64,000 nt of DNA from an uncultured Gammaproteobacteria bacterium (GCA_963729605.1 CAVSNY010000007.1:832001-896000); one strand, 5' to 3'. Numbered from the stretch's first letter, positions 9,177-18,790 are shown. Program-made: numbers and translations. The notes: generated by a model not told the origin, from the letters alone.

Positions 9177-9202
9177 AGTCGTGTCAGCCCGCGATTCCTT
9201 AC
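9177..9202 (-). promoter_or_regulatory. Putative ECF-sigma promoter GTAAGG-N15-CGACT at the head of the operon
   Basis: Minus strand TGTAAGGaatcgcgggctgacaCGACT, with a twin at 6691-6716. Confidence 0.55.
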
Positions 9203-9324
9203 AAGACTGGCGGCAGGGCGGGCGGCTTGGGGTATACTGCCTCAAAACGCGTACCCGATTGCGGCCGCTCCGCGGCCCAGGCGAATAAGCGATATCACAA
9301 TAAAATGGCCGGGCGGGAAATAAC

Positions 9325-10482
9325 ATGAAACTCGATCTCTTTTTGCAAATGATGGTCGATGAAGGCGCCTCCGACCTGTTCATCACCGCCGGGGTCGTGC
9401 CCAGCATCAAGGTGCATGGCACGGTGGAGCGCGTCGGCGACGAGGCACTCAGCCCGGAACAGGCCCGCGCCATGGTCTACGCCGCCATGAGCGAGGCGCA
9501 AAAGCGCGAATTCGAGACCAGCCGCGAATGTAATTTCGCGCTGCAAAAACCGGTGCTGGGACGCTTCCGGGTCAATGTCTTTCAACATCAAAACAACATC
9601 GGCATGGTGTTGCGCCGCATCGAAACTTCGATTCCCACTTTCGCCGAGTTGCAACTGCCGCCCCTGCTCGAAGACCTCAGCATGACCAAGCGGGGCCTGG
9701 TGCTGGTGGTGGGTGCCACCGGCACCGGCAAGTCCACCACGCTCGCGGCGATGATCGGCCACCGCAACCGCAACGATCGCGGCCACATCCTCTGCATCGA
9801 AGACCCCATCGAATTCGTGCACGCCCCCGCGTCCAGCATCATCACCCAGCGGGAAGTGGGCATCGACACCGATTCCTTCGAATCGGCCTTGAAAAACGCC
9901 CTGCGCCAGGCGCCCGACGTGGTGCTGGTGGGCGAGATCCGCAGCCGCGAGGCCATGGAGCACGCCATCGCCTTTTCCGAAACCGGCCACCTCTGCGTCG
10001 CCACCTTGCATGCCAGCAACGCCGCGCAAACCCTCGACCGCATCGTCCATCTCTTCCCGCGCGACCGCCGCGACCATTTGCTGCTGGACCTGTCGCTCAA
10101 CCTCAAGGCCATCGTCGCCCAGCGGCTGGTGCCGCGCGCCGACGGCGGCGGCCGCCGGGTGGCGATGGAAGTGATGCTCAACACGCCGCTGGCGGCCGAC
10201 CTCATCCACCGCGGCGATACCCATTTGTTGAAGGACTTGATGAAGCGGTCCGCCGAGTTGGGCATGCGCACCTTCGATCACGCGGTGCACGAGTTGTACA
10301 ACCAGGGCGAGATCAGCTACGAGGACGCCTTGCTGCACGCCGATTCGCCCAACGAGGTGCGGCTGATGATCAAGCTCGGCAAGAATGGTGACCCCCGCGC
10401 GCTGTCGGCGGGCGTGGACCGGGCGGGGCTGGTGCGCAAGCAGGACGAAGAGCCGTCCCTCACGCAAATAAAGCCGAATTGA
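9325..10482 (+). CDS. pilU: Type IV pilus retraction ATPase PilU
   Basis: ASDLFITAG, GATGTGKST Walker A, IEDPIEF, LRQAPDVVLVGEIR and TLHASNA motifs. Confidence 0.9.
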   Translation: MKLDLFLQMMVDEGASDLFITAGVVPSIKVHGTVERVGDEALSPEQARAMVYAAMSEAQKREFETSRECNFALQKPVLGRFRVNVFQHQNNIGMVLRRIETSIPTFAELQLPPLLEDLSMTKRGLVLVVGATGTGKSTTLAAMIGHRNRNDRGHILCIEDPIEFVHAPASSIITQREVGIDTDSFESALKNALRQAPDVVLVGEIRSREAMEHAIAFSETGHLCVATLHASNAAQTLDRIVHLFPRDRRDHLLLDLSLNLKAIVAQRLVPRADGGGRRVAMEVMLNTPLAADLIHRGDTHLLKDLMKRSAELGMRTFDHAVHELYNQGEISYEDALLHADSPNEVRLMIKLGKNGDPRALSAGVDRAGLVRKQDEEPSLTQIKPN

Positions 10483-10503
10483 TTTCAGCGGAAAAAATCG
10501 TTT

Positions 10504-10568
10504 AGACGCCAAGAGAGCCAAGAAGGATTTTTTGAGGTTTAAGAAAAATCCTGGGCGTCTTGGCGTCT
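10504..10568. repeat. Intergenic inverted repeat with ~9-bp internal periodicity
   Basis: AGACGCCAAGAGAGCCAAGAAGGATTTTT...AAAAATCCTGGGCGTCTTGGCGTCT between convergent pilU and pyrC'. Confidence 0.7.
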
Positions 10569-10587
10569 CGAAATGAACAATAGTTTT

Positions 10588-11877
10588 TCAGCGCGCGGGC
10601 GTGCGTTCGAAGACGATCTTGCCTTTGTACAGCGTCCAATCGACCCGGCCTTTCAACTGCCAGCCGGTGAACGGGGTATTGCGGCCGCGACTCACCATCT
10701 TGGCGGGATTCAAATCCCAGTAGTCTTCCGGGTTGAATACGCAGACATCGGCGCGCGCCCCGACGCTGAGGGTGCCGGCGTCGATGCCGAGCAAACGCGC
10801 CGGCTGCAACGTGAGCCGCGCGATCAAATCGTTCAGCGGCAGTATGTTTTCTTCAACCAGACGCAGGCTCAAAGGCAGCAGGGTTTCCAGCCCGGAGATG
10901 CCCGGCGCGGTCTCGGCGAAGGGGCCGCACTTGGCGTCGCCGTCATGGGGCTGATGATCGGAGCAGACCGCGAGCAAGGTGCCTTTGGCGAAACCTTTGC
11001 GCAGGGCATCGCGGTCGCGTTCGGTGCGCAGCGGCGGATGGACGTGGCACTGGCTGTCGAAATAGCCGAGGTCGATCTCGGTGAGATGGAGATGATGGGC
11101 GCTGACGTCGGCGCTGACCGGCAGGCCGTCGAACTGGGCGCGCGCCACCATGCGCACCGCCTCGGCGGTGGAGAGCTGGCTGAAGTGGGCGCGCACCCCG
11201 GTCTGGCGGATCAAGGCGAGGTCGCGCGCCACCGCGACGGTCTCCGCCGCTTCGGGGATGCCGGGCAGGCCCAACCGGGTGCTGATCTGGCCTTCGTGTA
11301 CGCAACCCTTGTTGCGCAGCCAGGGGTCCTCGGCATGTAGAAATACCGTGAGGTCGTGGGTGGCGGCGTATTCCATGGCGCGGCGCATCACCAGGGTATT
11401 GCCGATGGGGTGGCGGGCATTGCTGACGCCGACGCAGCCCGCGGCCTTGAGCGCGCCCATCTCGCTGATGCGTTCGCCCTGCAACCCTTGGGTGAGGGCG
11501 CCGATCGGCAGTACGCGCACCAGGCCGGCGGCGCGGGCGCGCTGCTGAATCAGGGTGGCCACCGCCGGGGTGTCGATCACCGGGGCGGTGTCGGGCGGGC
11601 AGCAGAGGGTGGTGATGCCGCCGCTGGCCGCCGCCGCGGTCTCACTGGCGATGGTGGCCATGTGTTCCTCGCCCGGTTCGCGGAGGTGGGCGCGCAAGTC
11701 CACCAGGCCGGGACAGACGATCCGCCCGCCGACGTCGATCTCGCGGTCGGCGTGAAAACCCGCCGGGGCCGGCCCCACCGCGGCGATGCGGCCGTCGGCG
11801 ATCCATAGATCAAGCCGCGAGTCGAGCTGGTTGGCCGGGTCGATCACCCGGCCGCCGTGCAGGCGGAGACGCATCAT
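10588..11877 (-). CDS. pyrC: Dihydroorotase-like protein, probably non-catalytic PyrC'
   Basis: [39 protein letters not shown] and SRGRNTPF motifs; overlaps pyrB. Confidence 0.88.
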   Translation of the reverse strand: MMRLRLHGGRVIDPANQLDSRLDLWIADGRIAAVGPAPAGFHADREIDVGGRIVCPGLVDLRAHLREPGEEHMATIASETAAAASGGITTLCCPPDTAPVIDTPAVATLIQQRARAAGLVRVLPIGALTQGLQGERISEMGALKAAGCVGVSNARHPIGNTLVMRRAMEYAATHDLTVFLHAEDPWLRNKGCVHEGQISTRLGLPGIPEAAETVAVARDLALIRQTGVRAHFSQLSTAEAVRMVARAQFDGLPVSADVSAHHLHLTEIDLGYFDSQCHVHPPLRTERDRDALRKGFAKGTLLAVCSDHQPHDGDAKCGPFAETAPGISGLETLLPLSLRLVEENILPLNDLIARLTLQPARLLGIDAGTLSVGARADVCVFNPEDYWDLNPAKMVSRGRNTPFTGWQLKGRVDWTLYKGKIVFERTPAR

Positions 11878-12854
11878 GCCGCTTTCCCTTCTCCCAAAGG
11901 TACCGTGCCCATCGCCATGGCCATCACCGCCATGCGCACCGCGATGCCGTGGGTGACCTGCTGCAATATCACCGACCGCGGCCCGTCCGCCACGCCGGAG
12001 GCGATTTCCACGCCGCGGTTGATCGGGCCGGGGTGCATGACGATGGCGTCGGGCTTGGCGGCCGCGAGTTTGTCCTCCGTCAGACCGTAGAGCTGAAAAT
12101 ATTCATGTTCGCTCGGCAGCAGCGCGCCCTGCATGCGCTCGTTCTGCAGGCGCAGCGCGATCACCACGTCGGCGCCTTTCAGGCCCGCGCGCAAATCGTG
12201 GAAGACGTGCACCCCGAGGGCCTCCACCGCGGTGGGGATCAGGGTCTTGGGCCCGATCACCCGCACCTCGTTGACGCCCAGCGTGGTGAGCGCGTGGATC
12301 TGCGAGCGCGCGACGCGCGAGTGCAAAATATCGCCGACGATGGCCACGGTGAGCGGCGCGAATTCGCCCTTGACCCGGCGGATGGTGAACATGTCGAGCA
12401 TGGCCTGGGTGGGATGGGCGTGGCGGCCGTCGCCGGCGTTGACCACATGCACGTGCGGCGCGACGTTCTCGGCGATGAAGTGGGCCGCGCCCGACTCGGC
12501 GTGGCGCACCACGAACATGTCGCAGTGCATGGCTTCGAGGTTGCGCAGGGTGTCGAGCAGGGTCTCGCCCTTGGTGGTGGCCGAGGCGGTGATGTTGAGA
12601 TTGAGCACGTCCGCCGACAGCCGCTTGGCCGCGAGTTCGAAGGTGGTGCGGGTGCGGGTGCTGGCCTCGAAGAACAGATTGACGATGGTCTTGCCGCGCA
12701 GCAGCGGCACTTTTTTCACTGTTTGTTCGGTGACCCCGGCGAAGGATTCGGCGAGGTCGAGTATCTCCACCAGCAAGGCCCGTTTCAAACCTTCGACGCT
12801 GAGGAAGTGGCGCAGCCGGCCCTGCTCATCCAATTGAATATTGCGCTGTATCAT
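11874..12854 (-). CDS. pyrB: Aspartate carbamoyltransferase catalytic subunit
   Basis: [26 protein letters not shown] and [12 protein letters not shown]. Confidence 0.97.
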   Translation of the reverse strand: MIQRNIQLDEQGRLRHFLSVEGLKRALLVEILDLAESFAGVTEQTVKKVPLLRGKTIVNLFFEASTRTRTTFELAAKRLSADVLNLNITASATTKGETLLDTLRNLEAMHCDMFVVRHAESGAAHFIAENVAPHVHVVNAGDGRHAHPTQAMLDMFTIRRVKGEFAPLTVAIVGDILHSRVARSQIHALTTLGVNEVRVIGPKTLIPTAVEALGVHVFHDLRAGLKGADVVIALRLQNERMQGALLPSEHEYFQLYGLTEDKLAAAKPDAIVMHPGPINRGVEIASGVADGPRSVILQQVTHGIAVRMAVMAMAMGTVPLGEGKAA

Positions 12855-13390
12855 GCGGCGTTGGACGTTCCCTGTTGCCCCGTCATCCGCCGCGTTTGAC
12901 GCTGAGGCCGAGCGGGGCGGGGCCGGTGCAGTTTTACCTGTTCGCCGGGCGCGAGGTCCATTTGCATGCCCACCACGTCGGCGTTGATCGGCAGTTCGCG
13001 GCCGCCGCGATCCACCAGTACCGCCAGCAGCACGCCGGCCGGCCGGCCGTAATCGAAGATTTCATTCAAGGCGGCGCGGATGGTGCGGCCGGTGTACAAC
13101 ACGTCGTCCACCAGCACGATGTGGCGGTCGTCCACCGTGGTCGGCAGCTGCGAGGGCCGCACCGCGGGATTGAGGCCGATGCGGGTGAAGTCGTCGCGGT
13201 AAAACGAGATGTCGAGTTTGCCCAGCGGCTCGCTGAGGTTGAGCAGGCCGTGCAGGCGTTCGGCGACCCACACGCCGCCGCTGTGGATGCCGATCAGCAG
13301 GGGATCGCGGACGCCGCGCGCCGCCAGCCGCCCTTGCAGGTTGGCGGCCATGTTCTCGATCAGCTTATCGACGTCGTGTTCTTGGTTCAT
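12851..13390 (-). CDS. pyrR: PyrR pyrimidine regulatory protein / uracil PRTase
   Basis: [26 protein letters not shown] and [10 protein letters not shown]. Confidence 0.95.
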   Translation of the reverse strand: MNQEHDVDKLIENMAANLQGRLAARGVRDPLLIGIHSGGVWVAERLHGLLNLSEPLGKLDISFYRDDFTRIGLNPAVRPSQLPTTVDDRHIVLVDDVLYTGRTIRAALNEIFDYGRPAGVLLAVLVDRGGRELPINADVVGMQMDLAPGEQVKLHRPRPARPQRQTRRMTGQQGTSNAA

Positions 13391-13845
13391 CGTGTCGCGC
13401 CCGCCCTGTGTGCATGGTCCGCCAGCCAGCTTTCCAAGATGATTTGCGCGGCGAGGCGGTCGAGTTCTTCTTTCGCCGCGCGGCTGCCCGGTGTCTTGCG
13501 GCGGCCGCTCTGCGCGGCCCGTTGCGACGCCTCGTGCGAGGATAGCCGTTCGTCGATCAAGTGCACCGGCAGGCCGTAGCGTCCCTGCAATTGCGCGGCG
13601 AAGGCCCGCACCGGCGCCGCCAGCGCGTGTTCGCGGTCATCCATGTGTTGCGGCAGGCCGACCACCAGGGCCTCGGGCCGCCAGGCCGCCAGCAGTTCGG
13701 CGATCTGCGCCCAGTCCGGCTGTTCGCCGCGCACCGCCACGCTGGCCAGCGGCCGGGCGCTGCCGGTCAGGGTTTGCCCCAGGGCGACCCCGATGCGTTT
13801 CTTGCCGTAATCGAAGCCGAGCAGGGTGCCGGGATTGCCGCTCAT
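13387..13845 (-). CDS. ruvX: YqgF/RuvX pre-16S rRNA nuclease
   Basis: LLGFDYGKKRIGVA, VVGLP, DERLSS and D.LAAQIILE; start placed at MSGNPG. Confidence 0.92.
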   Translation of the reverse strand: MSGNPGTLLGFDYGKKRIGVALGQTLTGSARPLASVAVRGEQPDWAQIAELLAAWRPEALVVGLPQHMDDREHALAAPVRAFAAQLQGRYGLPVHLIDERLSSHEASQRAAQSGRRKTPGSRAAKEELDRLAAQIILESWLADHAHRAGATR

Positions 13846-14405
13846 GCGTGGCCGATTTGGGTGGAGAGCTGGGTGACATCCACACCCATCAAGGCCGCCG
13901 CCGCCTCCCAGCGCCGTTGCCAGGGGGTTTGAAAGATGATCTGGTTGTCGGCGGGGCCGGACAGCCAGACGTTGTCCGCCATTTCCTGTTCCAACTGGCC
14001 CGCGCCCCAGCCGGCGTAGCCCAGCGCGACGAAGATGTCGCGCGGTCCCTTGCCGTGGGCGATCACTTCCAGAATGTCTTTCGAGGTGGCGAGGGCCAGG
14101 CTGTCGGAGATGCGCAGGGTGCTGTCCCATTCGCCGGCCGGGGCGTGCAGCACGAAGCCGCGCTCGGTCTGCACCGGACCGCCCATGAACACCGTGTGCT
14201 GGCGGGCCGCCGGGTCCTCGGCGTCGATCTGCATGTGTTCCAGCACCTCGCCCAGGGTGAGGGTGAGCGGGCGGTTGATGACGATGCCCATCGCCCCCTG
14301 GCCGGTGTGTTCGCAGATATAGGTGACCGTGCGCTGGAAATTGGGATCGTCCAGGGTGGGCATGGCGATGAGGAATTGGTTGGAGAGGGAGAGCGTGTTC
14401 ATCAT
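13842..14405 (-). CDS. yqgE: YqgE/AlgH family protein
   Basis: FLIAMPTLDDPNF, GAMGIVINRP, GGPVQTERGFVLH and LGYAGWGAGQLE. Confidence 0.95.
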   Translation of the reverse strand: MMNTLSLSNQFLIAMPTLDDPNFQRTVTYICEHTGQGAMGIVINRPLTLTLGEVLEHMQIDAEDPAARQHTVFMGGPVQTERGFVLHAPAGEWDSTLRISDSLALATSKDILEVIAHGKGPRDIFVALGYAGWGAGQLEQEMADNVWLSGPADNQIIFQTPWQRRWEAAAALMGVDVTQLSTQIGHA

Positions 14406-14570
14406 GACGATAGTATCCGCCGAATCGCGATGCGCTGACAAGCGAGCGGCCTAAACCTGACGCCGCCGCTGGCGGCGGGCCGGGGTCACCAAGCGAAGTA
14501 ATAATTTGAAACCGGCGGATTGCTTGGTGTGGGTTTTCGCGACGTAACGCGATCCCCGGCGGCTTGTAAA

Positions 14571-15446
14571 TCAATCCGAGGCGAAACGGTTGCCGCTGAG
14601 AAATTGCCAGGTGCGGGTGATGTTGACGATGTCGTAGTCCTTGCGGATTTCCGGCGGGAAGGCGGCGTAGGGGGCGGCGAGATGGACGATGCGGACGGCG
14701 GCGTCGTCCAGGGCCTTGTGGCCCGAGGAATGGGTGATTTCGACCCGATGGATGGAGCCGTCGGGTTTGAGCGCCACGTTCATCACCAGATGCCCGGAGA
14801 GATTGAGGCGCCGCGCCTCGTCGGGGTAGTTGAGGTTGCCGATCCGCTCCACCTTTTGCCGCCAGGCCTCCATATAGGCCGCGTCGCGGTATTCCCGGCT
14901 GCGCGAGGTGATGGTGAGCTGCCGCGGGATTTTGCTGTAGGCATTGAACGAGTGCTCGATCTCGGCGCTGAGCTGGGCGATTTCCTGGCCGCGCATGATG
15001 AGCTGGGCGGCGGAGGGCATCTCGGCTTCGTAGTCCGGCGTCGTCTCCGCCGCCACTGGCCGCGGCGCCGCCGCGGGGTCGTCGCGGGTAACGAGCCGCG
15101 GCGCTTGCGGCGCGCGCGGCGTCGCCGCGGTGCGCGGCGGGCTGATGATGTCGTCGCGGCCGTCGATGGGCAGGGACGCGGCCGTCGGCGGCGGACGGGT
15201 GGGCCGCACCGGCTGCGCGTTATTGCCGCCGCCGTCCTGATTGGCTTGCGCCAAGTAGTCCGCTTCGTCCGGGGCCTGCTCGCTTTCCTCCTGGGCCAGG
15301 ATCACGTCCAGGGTCGGAAAGTGGTTTTTTTTGACGGGTTCGGAGCCGCTGAATACCACCCCCAGCACGATGATGGCGTGCAGGGTGATGGAAATGAACA
15401 GGGTGAGTCCCAGCCGGTCGGCGGCGCTGACGGTGGTCGTGCTCAT
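14571..15446 (-). CDS. tonB: Energy transducer TonB (TonB3-like)
   Basis: N-terminal TM ending LHA, LAQANQ.GGG, Pro-rich linker and C-terminal AYMEAWRQKVERIGNLNYP...SSG..LD.AA..IV..AAPY...ITRTWQF. Confidence 0.9.
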   Translation of the reverse strand: MSTTTVSAADRLGLTLFISITLHAIIVLGVVFSGSEPVKKNHFPTLDVILAQEESEQAPDEADYLAQANQDGGGNNAQPVRPTRPPPTAASLPIDGRDDIISPPRTAATPRAPQAPRLVTRDDPAAAPRPVAAETTPDYEAEMPSAAQLIMRGQEIAQLSAEIEHSFNAYSKIPRQLTITSRSREYRDAAYMEAWRQKVERIGNLNYPDEARRLNLSGHLVMNVALKPDGSIHRVEITHSSGHKALDDAAVRIVHLAAPYAAFPPEIRKDYDIVNITRTWQFLSGNRFASD

Positions 15447-15967
15447 GGGGCGGCCGTCCCGCCGGCCGGCAGGTGTTTGAGGGTGAGCCCGGCCACCACG
15501 CCGCTCACCAGGCCGAAGACCAGCGCGGCGCTCATCAACGGCGGGAAGAGATGCAGCAGCGCGTCGTGGGGGATGAACAGTCCATAGGCGGTCCAGAATT
15601 GCGCCGCCATATGCGCCAGCGCCGCCAGCAGGCTGTAGCCCACCGGACCGAAAACGCCCGGCAGCCAGCTGGCGAGCCGGAGCGCGGCGAGGCTGGCCAG
15701 TGCCCCGGCCAGGCTGAGGGCGAAGGCCGGCGAGAGAAAGGTGCCGATCAATAGGCTGCCCACCAGTACCCGCAGCAACGCCACCCAGGCCGCCGTGGTC
15801 CAGCCGTAAAGCAGGAGGACGATCACCGTCACCACATTGGCTAGGCCGGGTTTCACGCCGGGCAGCGGGCTGGGCAGGGCGCTTTCCGCGACATGAATGG
15901 TGATCGCCAAGGCGGTGAGCCAGGCGATGCGGTGGTCGTCGCGGGTGGTGGGTATCGTTACGCTCAT
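15443..15967 (-). CDS. Gx transporter family / heptaprenyl-PP synthase component I-like membrane protein (EetB-like)
   Basis: E.ALPSPLPGVKPGLAN and RVLVGSLLIGTFLSPAF.LS.AG motifs. Confidence 0.85.
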   Translation of the reverse strand: MSVTIPTTRDDHRIAWLTALAITIHVAESALPSPLPGVKPGLANVVTVIVLLLYGWTTAAWVALLRVLVGSLLIGTFLSPAFALSLAGALASLAALRLASWLPGVFGPVGYSLLAALAHMAAQFWTAYGLFIPHDALLHLFPPLMSAALVFGLVSGVVAGLTLKHLPAGGTAAP

Positions 15968-16345
15968 GCAATCGCTGTTGGTTGGCCTGTTTATCTCGGG
16001 TGCGGCGTTTTCCCTAGTGTAGCGCTTCGCAATTACGCGAACATTTGCTCTGCGATGAAAGATCAAACTGTTTCATCATTCCCCTCCTCGAACGAGGGCG
16101 CGCTAGCGCCGGGGGGTGAGTTTCAAGGCGCAGTGAACCTATGGCTCGGATTCACAGTGTATCAACCACCCCGCTCCTCCTTAGATACGAGGAGAGGTTT
16201 CCGTTCCTGAATTTATCACGCACTACACTGGCGGACGCTGGGTCGCGGATTTTAAATCCAAGCGCCAAGGCCGCCCGGAAAAACGCCATGAGAAAAATCT
16301 TGGCGTATTGGGCGGCTGATCCCCGGTGCATCGGCTCGCCAATAT

Positions 16346-16705
16346 TTAGAAATTGATGCTGTCGAAACGCGGCCGCCCGCCTTGCAGGCTGACGGTGATG
16401 CCGTTGGGCAGGCAGGCGGCCAGGTCGCCGGCGTGGGCCAGCCAGCCGCTGTGCACGCACTGCTGGCCGCGGCAGGGCGAGGCGAGAAAACGCACCCGGC
16501 CGTCTTTTACTTCGATGAGGCTGTCGCCCAGCGGGCCGTGCACGGCGAGCTGCTGGTTGCGGCTGAGCGGTAATTCCAAGGTCGGCTGGCCGCTGGCGGC
16601 GATGCGCGCCACGCTGGCCGGGCCGCCGTCGCCCCAGTAATGGCTGTACAGCACGGGCAGCAGCGCGACCGCGATTATCAGCACCAGCCAATCGGCGCGG
16701 GTCAT
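16346..16705 (-). CDS. NusG domain II-containing membrane-anchored protein (EetA-like)
   Basis: N-terminal TM, then GPLG...IEV.DGRVRF..SPC..Q.CVH.GW.......ACLPN. Confidence 0.85.
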   Translation of the reverse strand: MTRADWLVLIIAVALLPVLYSHYWGDGGPASVARIAASGQPTLELPLSRNQQLAVHGPLGDSLIEVKDGRVRFLASPCRGQQCVHSGWLAHAGDLAACLPNGITVSLQGGRPRFDSINF

Positions 16706-17808
16706 CACGGCTCGCCGATCACCACGGTGGGCGGCGGGTCCACTTCGAAGTGGATGCGCTTGGCCATGGCCGGGGTCATGTACACCGTGCGGTCGCCGGC
16801 CACCAGCATCGCGTGTTTGAGCCCCATGCCGCGCACCACCTCCAGCCAGTCCTCCGGCCCGGCCACCATCAGCGCGGTGGAGGCGCCGCCGCCCATGCCG
16901 CCGCCGGGGTAGACCACCGTGGCCGACATCGCGCCCGCGGCCGGATAACCGGTACGGGGATCGAGGATGTGCTGATAACGCCGGCCGGCGTAGGTGAAGT
17001 AACGTTCGTAGTCGCCGGAGGTGAACACGCTTTCGTCGCCCGCGATTTCCAGCGAGGCGAGCACGCCGGGACCGCGCGGGTCGCGGATGCCGATGCGCCA
17101 GGGTTGGTCGCCGCGCCGGCCGATGGCGCGCAGGTCGCCGCCGGCGTTGACGATGGCGTTGGCCACGCCGTGCCGGCGCAGCGTTTCGACGGCGCGGTCC
17201 ACGCCGTAACTCTTCACGTAGGCGCCGAAATCCAATTGCACCGCCGGATTGCGGCTGCGCAATTGGTCGCCGTCCAGCTGCAAATCGTCCATCGCGGGAT
17301 GGAGCGCGACCCGTTCTTTGACGGCGTCGGGATGGGGCGGCGGTACATTGGTCGGCCGCTCGTCCATTTGGAAACCCCATAGTCCGAGCAGCTGGCCGAT
17401 GGCCGGATTGAACAGGCCGCCGCTCTGCCGCGACAGCGTCTGCGCGCCGCGGATCACCTCGATTTGATCCGGCGCCAGGGTGACCGCTTCGCCGCGCGCC
17501 AGGCGCTCGTTGATTTCGGTGAGCGGCCCCGGTTCCCAGGCGTGCCAGCGGTGATGTAATTCATCGAGGGTCGCGATGGCCGCCGCGCTGGCCCGCTGGG
17601 CGGTGGCCTCATCAACGCCCCAGATACTGATGTCCACCAGGGTGCCGAAGGCCAGGATTTGTTCCTGGTGCAGCGGTTCGACCGGGCGGTCGCAGGCGGT
17701 GAGCCACAAGGTGCCGAGCAGCGCGAGGCCGCCGGCGAGCCGCGCGCCGCCGTGTTGTGTCGGGCGGCTACGGCGTCGTGTCACGCGCGAGGCGGGGGAG
17801 GGACCCAT
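16705..17808 (-). CDS. apbE: FAD:protein FMN transferase ApbE (lipoprotein)
   Basis: Lipobox LTAC, FGT.V.I, G.FNPAIG, NAGGDLRAIG..PWRIGIRDP, TSGDYERYF and HILDPRTGYP. Start uncertain. Confidence 0.9.
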   Translation of the reverse strand: MGPSPASRVTRRRSRPTQHGGARLAGGLALLGTLWLTACDRPVEPLHQEQILAFGTLVDISIWGVDEATAQRASAAAIATLDELHHRWHAWEPGPLTEINERLARGEAVTLAPDQIEVIRGAQTLSRQSGGLFNPAIGQLLGLWGFQMDERPTNVPPPHPDAVKERVALHPAMDDLQLDGDQLRSRNPAVQLDFGAYVKSYGVDRAVETLRRHGVANAIVNAGGDLRAIGRRGDQPWRIGIRDPRGPGVLASLEIAGDESVFTSGDYERYFTYAGRRYQHILDPRTGYPAAGAMSATVVYPGGGMGGGASTALMVAGPEDWLEVVRGMGLKHAMLVAGDRTVYMTPAMAKRIHFEVDPPPTVVIGEP

Positions 17809-17811
17809 GGT

Positions 17812-18783
17812 TCATTCCGTGCCGCCCCGGCGGGTCTGGTGTTGCCGTGCGATGTAGTCCATGAATTGCCCGCCGATGTCCAAACCGTACAAGGCGTCCA
17901 GTTCGCGGATGCAGGTGGGGCTGGTGACGTTGACCTCGGTGAGGTAGTCGCCGATCACGTCGAGGCCGACGAAGCTCAAGCCTTTTTCACGGAGGGTGGG
18001 ACCGACTTGCGCGCAGATCCAGCGGTCGCGTTCGCTCAAGGCCACCCCCACGCCGCTGCCGCCCGCCGCGAGATTGCCGCGGGTCTCGCCCGCGGCGGGG
18101 ATGCGCGCCAAGGCGTAAGGCACCGGCTCGCCGTCTATCATCAAGATGCGTTTGTCGCCGTCGCGGATCTCCGGCAGGTAACGCTGGGCCATGATGTAAC
18201 GCGAACCGGCGCGGGTGAGGGTCTCGATCACCACGCTGATGTTGTGATCGCCGCCGTGCAGGCGGAAGATCGCCAAGCCGCCCATGCCGTGCAGCGGTTT
18301 GAGAATGATGTCGCCATGCTGTTTCAGAAAGGCGCGGATCTCGGCGGCGCTGCGCGTCACCAGGGTCGGCGGCGTGCACTGGGGAAACCAGGCGGTGTAG
18401 AGTTTTTCATTGGCGTCGCGCAGGCTTTGCGGCTTGTTGAGCACCCGCACGCCGGCGGCCTCGGCGAGTTCGAGCATGTAGGTGGCGTAGAGATATTCGC
18501 TGTCCACCGGCGGGTCTTTGCGCATCAGTATCGCGTCGAGCGCCGCCAGCGGCCGCGTAGCGTGGGCGCCGATGTCGAACCAATGCGTGAGGTCGTCGCG
18601 CACCGTGATACGCCGCATCCAGCCGAAGGCCTCGCCATCACGCAGGCCGAGATCGCCCAGTTCCATGTAATGCAATTCGAAGCCGCGCCGCTGCGCCGCC
18701 AGCAGCATGGCGAGGGTGCTGTCTTTTTTGGGGTTGATGGTGTCGATGGGGTCCATCACCACGCCGAGTTTGATGGTCATCAT
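17812..18783 (-). CDS. gshB: Glutathione synthetase
   Basis: VMDPI..INPKKDST, MRKDPP, GDKRIL, RGNLAAGG and TEVNVTSPTC. Confidence 0.97.
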   Translation of the reverse strand: MMTIKLGVVMDPIDTINPKKDSTLAMLLAAQRRGFELHYMELGDLGLRDGEAFGWMRRITVRDDLTHWFDIGAHATRPLAALDAILMRKDPPVDSEYLYATYMLELAEAAGVRVLNKPQSLRDANEKLYTAWFPQCTPPTLVTRSAAEIRAFLKQHGDIILKPLHGMGGLAIFRLHGGDHNISVVIETLTRAGSRYIMAQRYLPEIRDGDKRILMIDGEPVPYALARIPAAGETRGNLAAGGSGVGVALSERDRWICAQVGPTLREKGLSFVGLDVIGDYLTEVNVTSPTCIRELDALYGLDIGGQFMDYIARQHQTRRGGTE

Positions 18784-18790
18784 CGGCTTT

